From Eubacteriales bacterium (GTDB taxonomy: Bacteria > Bacillota > Clostridia > Oscillospirales > CAG-272), in assembly GCA_045658965.1 (NCBI GenBank), contig JAZOVZ010000099.1:832-64831 (forward strand): a stretch of DNA of 64,000 nt, read 5' to 3'. Below the pieces are notes generated by a model. It was given only the letters and a program-made list of their open reading frames with translations, ran no database searches and was not told where the DNA came from. Below, one piece after another: positions 55,733-64,000 of the stretch. A program made the translations under genes and the position numbers. The first letter of the stretch is position 1. Every line of letters begins with the position of its first letter.

Positions 55733-56260
55733 TTATAATATCGTAATCCAATACCGCCGAATACGGTGATGCCCTTCCGCGTCATTGTATGCTTCGATGG
55801 TGTCTTGCCACTTCCCGCCCATTTTTTCGCACAGGCGAATGGACGCGACGTTATTTTCATGAATAGTCAGCAACACCTTTTCCATACCGTAGGCTTTTGC
55901 GATCTCCAAGCCGCTTTGCAGAATTTGCGTGCCGTAACCCTTTCCCCATTCGGATACGCGAACGGCATAGCCAATGCTGCCGATCTCGGTCATGACCTTG
56001 TCCGTAAACTGCGTTCTGAGCTGAAATTCACCAATAAAACGGTCCCCATCCACCGCCCAATAGTGAATACTCGGAGATTGCCCCTCGATCAGCCCCTGCT
56101 CCTTTTTATCGTATATCGGCTTTGTGCGTTCAAACCAGCCGTCATCGATATGCCTCGGATCGGTGGGACGGAAATAGAGCACGCCATTGTCATATAGCTC
56201 TTGGCAATATGCCTTGTAACCCGCCATATATGCGGGGCATCGTTTGATAAGACGCAGCAT
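55733..56260 (-). CDS. GNAT-family N-acetyltransferase
   Basis: 'GSIGYAVRVSEWGKGYGT', 'NVASIRLCEKMGG'; AGGAGG RBS. Confidence 0.9.
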   Translation of the reverse strand: MLRLIKRCPAYMAGYKAYCQELYDNGVLYFRPTDPRHIDDGWFERTKPIYDKKEQGLIEGQSPSIHYWAVDGDRFIGEFQLRTQFTDKVMTEIGSIGYAVRVSEWGKGYGTQILQSGLEIAKAYGMEKVLLTIHENNVASIRLCEKMGGKWQDTIEAYNDAEGHHRIRRYWITIL

Positions 56261-56294
56261 GCGTTTCCTCCTTTTTGAGAAATATACGTAAAAA

Positions 56295-57599
56295 TCAAGC
56301 GTCAAGGCTATCCTTATCAAGCAAAAATTCTTTTACGCCCATCATGACGTATCCCTTTTCATCTCGGCGTGGCTTCATGCTCTTTTCAACAACGATGATC
56401 TTTTTGAAAGAATCCATAGTTTTATCAAAAGATGCGGTTTCTTGTTCGTACTTTGCCTGATCTGGAATTGCATATGCGGATTGAATATAGTATTTTTTGC
56501 TACCAAGAGTCGCAATAAAGTCAATTTCGAGCTGGGTGCGAGTTTCTTTTCCTTCTGCATCTCTTCCACGCGACTCTACCATACCGACATCCACTTGGTA
56601 GCCCCTGTAACGAAGCTCATTATAGATCATATTCTCCATAATGTGAGTGCCTTCAATCTGACGGAAATTCAAACGAGCATTGCGAAGACCGATATCCTCA
56701 AAGTAAATTTTATAAGGAGTGCCGATATATTTTCTGCCTTTAACATTATATCGCTTCACGCGAGTGAGCATAAAGGCATCTTCCATATGGGAGATATAAC
56801 GGTCTACAGTAGCATCGCAGATACTGTTGCCTCCATGAACACTATTCATTGTGTTCGCGATGTTTCGAGGATTGGTAAGAGCCGAAATACCGGATGCAAC
56901 AACGTCAAGAACTTCTCCGATGGTTACTTCATCCTGCAAACCGTAACGATTTTTTATATCGCGCAAGTAAAGATTTTGCATTTGAGAAATAAGGTAACCC
57001 GACTTCTGCTCTTCGGTTGCCATCAGCGCTACCGCTGGTAAGCCGCCATAGATAGAATAATCGTCAAAGGCCTCGCTCTTATCTCCACCCTTAAATGCAT
57101 AATACTCCGAGAAGGATAGAGGGAGTACGTGAACCTCATCGCCTCTGCCTTCAAATTCGGTCAGAATATCTTTTGATAAGAATCTGGAATTGCTTCCGGT
57201 AACATATACATCCAGATTATCTTTGCGAAGAAATCCATTCATGACAGATTCAAATGCGCCGAGCTTTTGCACCTCGTCAAGCAGAATGTAATGCATTTCA
57301 TTATCCGCGATTTGAGGTTGCAACCAATTCAAAAATTTAGTGGGATCGACTTTTCTGTCCTCACGTTCATTATCAAGAACGATAGGATTTTCTCCGATTT
57401 TCAATAAATCGTCAGCCGAGTCGAACGCAAATTTAATAATATGATCCTCTGCTATTTTTTCTGCAATTAAGTGTTTATAAAACAAAGTGTTGAGCAAATA
57501 TGATTTTCCACTTCTGCGAATGCCGGTAATAACCTTGATGAAGCCATTGTGTTTTCTGACAATAAGTCTATTCAGATAAACGTCTCTTTTAATCTCCAT
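56295..57599 (-). CDS. AAA_14 ATPase with DUF4143 C-terminal domain
   Basis: 'ITGIRRSGKS', 'LLDEVQ', 'VTGSNS', 'GGLP', 'KIYFEDIGLRN', 'EIDFI'; visibly AT-rich. Confidence 0.88.
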   Translation of the reverse strand: MEIKRDVYLNRLIVRKHNGFIKVITGIRRSGKSYLLNTLFYKHLIAEKIAEDHIIKFAFDSADDLLKIGENPIVLDNEREDRKVDPTKFLNWLQPQIADNEMHYILLDEVQKLGAFESVMNGFLRKDNLDVYVTGSNSRFLSKDILTEFEGRGDEVHVLPLSFSEYYAFKGGDKSEAFDDYSIYGGLPAVALMATEEQKSGYLISQMQNLYLRDIKNRYGLQDEVTIGEVLDVVASGISALTNPRNIANTMNSVHGGNSICDATVDRYISHMEDAFMLTRVKRYNVKGRKYIGTPYKIYFEDIGLRNARLNFRQIEGTHIMENMIYNELRYRGYQVDVGMVESRGRDAEGKETRTQLEIDFIATLGSKKYYIQSAYAIPDQAKYEQETASFDKTMDSFKKIIVVEKSMKPRRDEKGYVMMGVKEFLLDKDSLDA

Positions 57600-57608
57600 A
57601 ATAACCTC

Positions 57609-57725
57609 CATCTAATATTTTTGCCGCAAACGGCATTTTTATTAGATATATTATACACCATATTTTTGAAAATTACAATAGGGTTCATCTAATTTTTTTG
57701 CCGCAATCGGCATTTTTGTTAGATA
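57609..57725 (-). promoter_or_regulatory. SigA promoter flanked by two 40 bp palindromic direct repeats
   Basis: Repeats at 57609-57648 and 57686-57725; minus strand TTGTAA(57678)-17 nt-TATAAT(57655) lies between them. Confidence 0.75.
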
Positions 57726-57741
57726 GATTACCACAATATTC

Positions 57742-57772
57742 AAAAAAAGCAGAGCCGCGCTCTGCTTTTTTT
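57742..57772. terminator. Intrinsic terminator
   Basis: AAAAAAAGCAGAGC-cgc-GCTCTGCTTTTTTT. Confidence 0.85.
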
Positions 57773-57779
57773 GATCCGT

Positions 57780-59492
57780 TTACTTGACCAAATGTCTCTT
57801 GATCTTCTTGGAAGTAGTCTTTTCAAACTCGGTCGAGCGCAGCTCGATCAGAGAGACCTGCTTAAAGCTGGGCAGGTCGCGGTTAATGGCGCGGATAGAC
57901 GCAAGGATGGTCGCCTTGACGTTCTCTTCGGAGCAATCCTTTTCAAACTTATCGTAATTGGGATAAATGACCGCTACCAGTGCCGTGGGCGTATGCTCGT
58001 CTGCCTTTCTGCCCACAACCACACATTCGGCAACCGTGTCAAGCGCACCAAGGTACTCCTCGATCTCCTCGGGGAATACGTTCTTGCCGTTATCCAGCAC
58101 GATAACCGACTTGCATCTGCCGGTGATATAATAGTATCCCTGCTCGTCCTTGTAGCCCACGTCACCCGTGCGGAACCAGCCGTCACTTGTGAACACGGCA
58201 GCGTTTGCCTCGGGATTTTCGTAATATCCAAGCATGACGTTGCTGCCCTTGACCTGGATTTCTCCTTCATTGTAGCCCTTATCGTTTTTGCCGTAGCCAT
58301 TGGTATCCAGACGCAGATTGCAGCTGCTGACGGGTCTGCCGATAGATCCCGGCTTGGGCGCAAAGAAGGGGTTGAGCGTAGTCAAAGGCGAGCACTCGGT
58401 AATGCCGCAGCCCTCGTAGACCGTAATACCAAAGCTATCAAAGGTATGAATGAGCGCAGGATTGAGCTTGGCGCCGCCACAGATAATGGTGCGCAGATTG
58501 CCGCCAAACGCGCGATGCACGTCCGAGAACAGCTTACGACGCACGTCCACACCCGTCTTGCGCAAGGCATCCGAGGTCTTCATAGCCGCGCGCAGCGTCT
58601 TTACCTTTCCCTTCTTCTCTGCCTCTGCCCACACCTTTTTCTCCATGGTGTCAAGGAACAGGGGCACCAGCGTCATGATGGTGGGCTGAAAACGGTTCAT
58701 GTTCTTGACCACGTGGCGCAGCTTGTCGTTGATGCAGACGGTCATGCCCAGGAGCAGCTCTGCCTGCAGACACATCAATTCGTAGGTATGGTGCACGGGC
58801 AGCACGCTCAAGGACACGTCGTCGGGCGTCATGTCAATATAACGCATGGCAGCGTTTACGGTAGAATAAATATTCTGCTGGCTGAGCATGACGCACTTGG
58901 ACGTGCCCGTCGTACCCGAGGTAAACAGCATTTGTGCCATTTTGGTTCTGTCCTGAATGCGGGGCAGATGATAGCCCGCGCGCACGCTGCCGCCTCCCAT
59001 ACGCAGTACCTTTTCAAAAGAGGATACCTTATTGTGATCCCCTCTCTCGGGGTGCATGGGAATAAAGTGCTTGAGCGTGGGATGATTGTCCATAGCGGCA
59101 TCGAACTTACCGTTAAACGACTCACCGTAAATGACCGCCTCGGCATCCACCGATGCGATAAACTGCTCGATCTGAGACTGCGCGATCTCCTTGTCCATGG
59201 GAATGATCACACTGTCCAAGACCAGCACGGCAATGTACGCGGTCAGCCACTGAGGGCTGTTTTCACCAATCAACGCAATTCTTTTGCCGGCAAGACCAAG
59301 TGCGTCCAGTCCTGCTGCCATATCCAAAATATTGTCGCAAAAGCTTTTATAGGTCATTTCCATGACTTTGCTGCCTTCTATATAGCGCAGCGCAACCTTG
59401 TCGCCGTGCTCACGCATGGCAGCATACAGGTCGCTTGCATCCCAGATCTTGGGGCAATACGTGCTTGCAGCCTTCGTTGCTTGTTTTTTCAT
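57780..59492 (-). CDS. Long-chain fatty acid-CoA ligase (AMP-binding)
   Basis: 'FTSGTTGTSK', 'LPVHH', 'YEGCGITECSP', 'GWFRTGDVG', 'NGKNVFPEEIE'. Confidence 0.92.
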   Translation of the reverse strand: MKKQATKAASTYCPKIWDASDLYAAMREHGDKVALRYIEGSKVMEMTYKSFCDNILDMAAGLDALGLAGKRIALIGENSPQWLTAYIAVLVLDSVIIPMDKEIAQSQIEQFIASVDAEAVIYGESFNGKFDAAMDNHPTLKHFIPMHPERGDHNKVSSFEKVLRMGGGSVRAGYHLPRIQDRTKMAQMLFTSGTTGTSKCVMLSQQNIYSTVNAAMRYIDMTPDDVSLSVLPVHHTYELMCLQAELLLGMTVCINDKLRHVVKNMNRFQPTIMTLVPLFLDTMEKKVWAEAEKKGKVKTLRAAMKTSDALRKTGVDVRRKLFSDVHRAFGGNLRTIICGGAKLNPALIHTFDSFGITVYEGCGITECSPLTTLNPFFAPKPGSIGRPVSSCNLRLDTNGYGKNDKGYNEGEIQVKGSNVMLGYYENPEANAAVFTSDGWFRTGDVGYKDEQGYYYITGRCKSVIVLDNGKNVFPEEIEEYLGALDTVAECVVVGRKADEHTPTALVAVIYPNYDKFEKDCSEENVKATILASIRAINRDLPSFKQVSLIELRSTEFEKTTSKKIKRHLVK

Positions 59493-59684
59493 AATCGGAT
59501 ACCTCTTTTCATAGCGGTTCAATTTTCCTATTCATTATAAAAAGCATTGTGCGTTTTGTCAAGCGGATGTGACATTTGTTCACAAATCCACCTATTTAAT
59601 GTTACATTTGTAACTATTGCGATTATTCATAAGACAAATATTGCTCTTTTCTCTTCCAAATGATGCGTTTATACACCAGTATGA

Positions 59685-59713
59685 TTGAAATTCACGAAAT
59701 AGTATGCTATAAT
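59685..59713 (+). promoter_or_regulatory. SigA promoter
   Basis: TTGAAA-17 nt-TATAAT with TGn extension. Confidence 0.75.
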
Positions 59714-59754
59714 CAAATTGAATTTATACAATTTATATAATAGGAGGTTGTTTT

Positions 59755-59871
59755 ATGCGTTTTTCCAAGTATGCGGCAACAATTTTGTGTGGCTGTATAT
59801 TGCTCTCGGCTGTTGCCTGCAAGCCAAGCTCCGACTTGACCGAGGCAATCAAGCAAAAAGCAACGCTGTAA
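59755..59871 (+). CDS. 38 aa mini-lipoprotein or lipoprotein remnant (MRFSKYAATILCGCILLSAVACKPSSDLTEAIKQKATL)
   Basis: AGGAGG RBS, upstream promoter, intact lipobox AVAC; below the ORF-track size cutoff. Confidence 0.6.
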   Translation: MRFSKYAATILCGCILLSAVACKPSSDLTEAIKQKATL

Positions 59872-60078
59872 TTCAAGCAAGATAGAACATATCAGATCCG
59901 CGACTGAAACATGAATACAAAGGAGGATTAGCGTGAAAGTTTACGTCATATTCCTTCTTGCTTAACCATTCACGCCTAAACTTCACCTAAAAATGGGACC
60001 CAACCCATTTTTGGAGCCAAGCTCCGCGGTGAAGTTTCCATCACTATTTTAGCCGCCATAGGCGGCATGGAGGTTACT

Positions 60079-63000
60079 ATGAAACTCAGACACGTATTGA
60101 TCGTACTGCTCTGCATCTGCATGCTGCTCCCCTTAGCCGCATGTAAGCCCAACACGCAAACCCCCGAGGACACGACGGTGGCAGATACTACCATCGAAGA
60201 GATCACCACAGAGCCCGATGGCGAGCCCGAGCCGCCCGCGGATGCGATCGAGGCACAAAAGCAAGAGCTTGAGGCAATCAAGAACAGCATCGGTGCTACT
60301 ACGGACACCGTGCTGTACGTCAAGGACTTCGGTGCTGTCGGCGACGGCAAAACCAACGACGGTGATGCCATTTACGCTGCTCTGACCGCTGCCGCTGAGC
60401 AGCATGCAACTGTCAAGTTTGAGGAAAACAAGACCTATTACGTTTCCTCTGTCACCGGTAGCCGCGTTGCTCCCCTTACGCTCAGCAATGCGCACGGCAT
60501 GACCATCGACGGCTGCGGCTCCACGATTATGATCGCGCCCAACATGCGCTACATGCGCTTTAGCAACTGCGGCAACGTCAAAGTAACCAATCTGCACTTT
60601 GACTATGCAGTTCCCGTATACCTTGTGGGCAAGGTCAAGGACGTACTGGGCTCTGCGGTCGTATTCGAGGTAGATGAAAATCCTTACGCGGACCATTATG
60701 ATTTCACGCCCTCCAACGGCTTCTCGATCGGATACAACGAGGGCACGCAGCAGCGTCCGCACGCATTTATGACCGAATCGCACAAAACCGGCGACAAGGA
60801 GCTGACCGTAACCTATAAGGGTCACACCTACAGAGAAGGTCAGCTGGTATTCCTGCCCAATCCGGGCGTAGGTCACGCCGCCGACCAGGTGTTTGACGTC
60901 AGAGGCTCCGACCAGCCTATGCTGTTTGAAAACATCGGCGTGCACGCAGCATCCACCTTTATTTGGGCAATCATGCACAATCAAGATCACCTCTTCTTTG
61001 AAAACGTGGATCTCGTCCCCGCAGAGGGCAACGACAAAGAGATCAAGATGGTCTCTTGGCGTGACGGCTATCACTGCAAGAACAACTCCGAGGGCATTCA
61101 CTGGAACAACTGCGAGGCAGACGTGCTGTTCGACGACGTATTCAACATCGCTGCTACGCTTGGTTCCGTATCAGAGGTCATCAGCAATTCTTCCTTCTCC
61201 GTCAAGAATTATGAAAACCCTGCAGACGAGTTTGTCTGCTACCCCGGTGACACCGTGGATATTTACGACCTCAAGGGTGGCAACTACAAAGGCAGTGCCC
61301 GCGTAAGAGCCATTACTGACAACGCTGACGGCTCGCGCACCATTCACCTGTATTACGGTGAGACGATCGACCGCGTATCTGAGGGTTGCGTGGTTGCTAA
61401 CCGCGACACCGCTGCACCCGGCAGTACCATTACCAACTGCCACTTCCAGGGCACCTTCCGCTTCCTGCGTAACCTCTACGTAGAAAATACGGTGTTTGAT
61501 ATGCTGGCAACCTGGATGATGGTCGAGGGCTCGGTCGAAGGTCCTATGCCCGGCAACGTAGACTTTGTAAACTGCACCTTCAACGGCGGTGAGATCCAGA
61601 TCGATGCCTATAACCGCAACTCCGCAAAGCGTATGAAGGACATCGGCAAAGAGATCAAGGATATCGGCTTCTGGGGCTGCACCTTCAACAAGAGCAATAT
61701 CCGTTCGCAGACAGGATGCACCTATACCGAACAGGAAACCTTTACCACAGACGAGCTTTACACCGTCAAGAACCGCGCAAATGCCACCGGACCTCAGGTC
61801 ATTTCTCCCGTCAAGGGCGACGTTGACGTGGGCGTAACCTGGGACTGGACGCTGTTTACCATGTCCATGACGGGAAAAGCCGAGATCACTCCCCTTTCCT
61901 CCATTCAGGATGCCGCACTTTACGATAAGCTCAACGTGGAAAAAGTCAGCGACAACGTGCTGACCCTGACCGCTACGCAGGGCGAAAAGCTGTATTTTGA
62001 CGGTTTGAGCGCCTCCGCGCTGTCCTGCCTATACGATAAGGGTACGAGCTATATGATCAAAGTAACCTATTATGTCGATGCCCCCGTAAAGGCAAAGCTG
62101 GTCATCGGCGAAACGGTCGTCAGCGAGGATCTGTTTGCAACCGCAGGCGAGGTCACCACTGCCGAATTGATGTACTACGCAACCGGAAAAGGCAAGACCG
62201 CCTATATTGAATATGAGGGTGACGGCACTGTTATGCTGGGCGAAATGACCGTTGCAGCATTTGTCAATGCAAATCCCTCGATCAGCCAGCTGGAAAGCGG
62301 ACACACCTTTGCTTGGGACGACAACGTTACCATCAAGGGCGGTACTGCAATCAAAGCTGCAGACATCACCGACGAGGCTGCTAAGCAAGCCATTCTGGGC
62401 GCACCCGATAAATTCGGTGAGACCGTACTGCACCTGAACAGAGGCATGGGCGAATTTACCGGTATTACCAAGCGTTCTTACTTCACCGCAGGCACCACCT
62501 ACCACATCAGCATTGATGCCTACATCGTTTCACAAATCTCCGCCGGCTCCAAGATGTACTTGCTGGCATTGGACGGCACCCCCGGCAACCGCCTGCTCAA
62601 GGAAGGCATTTTCACGGGCGAGGGCATGTATCACTTCGAGATGGATTGGCAGGTCGGCACCACGGGTGAATATCAGCTGAAATTCTTTATCGACAATGCT
62701 CCCGTACAGTATGCGGACATCTACGTTGGTAACTTCACCATGACCAAGATGCCCGGCATGGCTCCCAACAAGACCTTTGTTCCCGAGCAAATGAAGCAGG
62801 TCACCGAGCAAGAGCTGCGTGCCGAATTCAAGTATGACTTCAGCAAGGGCATCTTCTTTGAGACCAACAAGAATTCCTACGTGGATTCCTCTTGTCTCAA
62901 TGCCTTTACCAAGGAAAAGCTGACAGAAGCGGGCTTTGGCGAATACGCTTATTACTTCGTGGAAAATATTGACGCTCTTGCGCTCAGCTCTCCTCTCTAC

Positions 63001-63288
63001 GGCGGCAACCGTTATACCATCACCTTTGACGTTTACGACTGCAAGGGCAACCTGGACGATAAGGAACCCGACGGCTCCTGGCGCGGTGCATTCGTACTGC
63101 TCAACATGACGGGCGGCGGTCAGAACAGCGCAGAGGTACACTACTCCATCAAGGCTGATCCCAACGTGCCCGGTCACTACACGCTGACCTTCATCGAGAC
63201 TCCTCCGGCAGGCACCGACCTCCTGCTCTTCTATCAGGTTCAGCCCTGCGAGTTCTACATTTCCTCTATCACAGTCAGAGTCGGCTAA
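60079..63288 (+). CDS. Lipoprotein with right-handed beta-helix glycoside hydrolase domain (GH110-like) and C-terminal accessory domains
   Basis: Lipobox LAAC; 'VKDFGAVGDGKTND'; 'DGYHC...FDDVFNI' acidic motifs resemble GH110. Confidence 0.65.
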   Translation: MKLRHVLIVLLCICMLLPLAACKPNTQTPEDTTVADTTIEEITTEPDGEPEPPADAIEAQKQELEAIKNSIGATTDTVLYVKDFGAVGDGKTNDGDAIYAALTAAAEQHATVKFEENKTYYVSSVTGSRVAPLTLSNAHGMTIDGCGSTIMIAPNMRYMRFSNCGNVKVTNLHFDYAVPVYLVGKVKDVLGSAVVFEVDENPYADHYDFTPSNGFSIGYNEGTQQRPHAFMTESHKTGDKELTVTYKGHTYREGQLVFLPNPGVGHAADQVFDVRGSDQPMLFENIGVHAASTFIWAIMHNQDHLFFENVDLVPAEGNDKEIKMVSWRDGYHCKNNSEGIHWNNCEADVLFDDVFNIAATLGSVSEVISNSSFSVKNYENPADEFVCYPGDTVDIYDLKGGNYKGSARVRAITDNADGSRTIHLYYGETIDRVSEGCVVANRDTAAPGSTITNCHFQGTFRFLRNLYVENTVFDMLATWMMVEGSVEGPMPGNVDFVNCTFNGGEIQIDAYNRNSAKRMKDIGKEIKDIGFWGCTFNKSNIRSQTGCTYTEQETFTTDELYTVKNRANATGPQVISPVKGDVDVGVTWDWTLFTMSMTGKAEITPLSSIQDAALYDKLNVEKVSDNVLTLTATQGEKLYFDGLSASALSCLYDKGTSYMIKVTYYVDAPVKAKLVIGETVVSEDLFATAGEVTTAELMYYATGKGKTAYIEYEGDGTVMLGEMTVAAFVNANPSISQLESGHTFAWDDNVTIKGGTAIKAADITDEAAKQAILGAPDKFGETVLHLNRGMGEFTGITKRSYFTAGTTYHISIDAYIVSQISAGSKMYLLALDGTPGNRLLKEGIFTGEGMYHFEMDWQVGTTGEYQLKFFIDNAPVQYADIYVGNFTMTKMPGMAPNKTFVPEQMKQVTEQELRAEFKYDFSKGIFFETNKNSYVDSSCLNAFTKEKLTEAGFGEYAYYFVENIDALALSSPLYGGNRYTITFDVYDCKGNLDDKEPDGSWRGAFVLLNMTGGGQNSAEVHYSIKADPNVPGHYTLTFIETPPAGTDLLLFYQVQPCEFYISSITVRVG

Positions 63289-63300
63289 CGAAACTTTTTC

Positions 63301-63330
63301 AAGGGCTGCGCCGGTTTTGGCGCAGCCCTT
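63301..63330 (+). terminator. Intrinsic terminator
   Basis: AAGGGCTGCGCCg-gttt-tGGCGCAGCCCTT. Confidence 0.8.
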
Positions 63331-63372
63331 CTTCGTTACATGCAGAGATTTCGACAATATATGAAGTCATGA

Positions 63373-63401
63373 TTGACAAGCGGCAAAATTCGTGATATAC
63401 T
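63373..63401 (+). promoter_or_regulatory. SigA promoter
   Basis: TTGACA-17 nt-TATACT with TGn extension. Confidence 0.8.
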
Positions 63402-63444
63402 GTATTGTGTATAATTATGTCAATTACATATGGAGGAACAAACA

Positions 63445-64000
63445 ATGAATATGACAAAAAGAATACTTGCCATCATGCTGGTTCTGGGCATGGTTTGCGC
63501 AATCATGATCGGTTGTGACAACAAGGATCCCGGAACGCAAGGCGGCACCAACAACACTACCGAAAGCACGACCCAGGCTCCCTCGGGCGAGACCGGTGCA
63601 ACCAAGTACGGTAATTACTCCACCGATGCCCCCGTCAAGACGTTGGAGGAGATCTTTGCCGACAAGATCAAGTTCACCGAGGACACCTACGCAACGGGTT
63701 CTTCTTATTCCGACGATAAGATCTCCCACGTTTACAAGATCGCTGACTGCATCGCAAACTACGAAAAGTACGTTGAGGAATACGCAGTACAGGATCAGCT
63801 GGAGGATCTGTACGAGCAGACCGGCTTTACCCTGGACCTCGGTTTTGGTGCTGACATGATCAAGCACTATATCGATATGACGGGCGACACCTACGATTAC
63901 ACTGCAAGAATGGAAGAGATCCTGACCCACCCCAAGGTCAGCGCAGCACAGTCCACCTGCATCAGCGCTGCTATGAAGGCAGCCGAAAACCTGGTCAAGG
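63445..64000 (+). CDS. Hypothetical lipoprotein, 3'-truncated by the window edge
   Basis: GGAGG RBS; MNMTKRILAIMLVLGMVCAIMIGC lipobox, T/G-rich linker; frame open to the window end. Confidence 0.8.
   Translation, partial: MNMTKRILAIMLVLGMVCAIMIGCDNKDPGTQGGTNNTTESTTQAPSGETGATKYGNYSTDAPVKTLEEIFADKIKFTEDTYATGSSYSDDKISHVYKIADCIANYEKYVEEYAVQDQLEDLYEQTGFTLDLGFGADMIKHYIDMTGDTYDYTARMEEILTHPKVSAAQSTCISAAMKAAENLVK

Overview
A 64 kb chromosomal segment from a spore-forming Clostridia (Bacillota) bacterium, judged from the complete spoIIIAA-AH operon, ytfI/gerW, dacB and Firmicutes-type SigA/SigE promoters. The conserved backbone is spoIIIA; infC-rpmI-rplT-trmH-dprA-topA-trmFO-rnc-radical SAM-smc-ftsY-rdgB-yhbY-nadD-yqeK-rsfS; and lon-engB-lysA-S2P-scpAB-ytfI-gerW-dacB-rluB. 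Accessory surface-protein loci are interleaved with it: a CotH/RCC1 lipoprotein, three orphan solute-binding lipoproteins, three DUF4424-like paralogs, and GH99/71-like and GH110-like hydrolases. The most unusual signals are non-coding. (1) An AT-rich array of co-oriented gene cassettes at 0.6-4.3 kb, delimited by four same-orientation hairpin repeats (GTAACAGgggACGGTTCTCTGTTAC), with one gene cut off at a repeat. (2) Two copies of a ~158 bp six-hairpin 'GTGAAAT' element with extensive compensatory base changes. (3) A standalone ~175 nt structured RNA candidate with its own promoter and terminator upstream of lon. (4) GTAG-type REP arrays and a MITE-like element carrying a nested insert. (5) A shared C-terminal GCxS-TM-KKKD tail on two unrelated secreted proteins. 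I recognised no rRNA, tRNA, CRISPR array, transposase or integrase. All product calls come from motif recognition by eye, not database searches.
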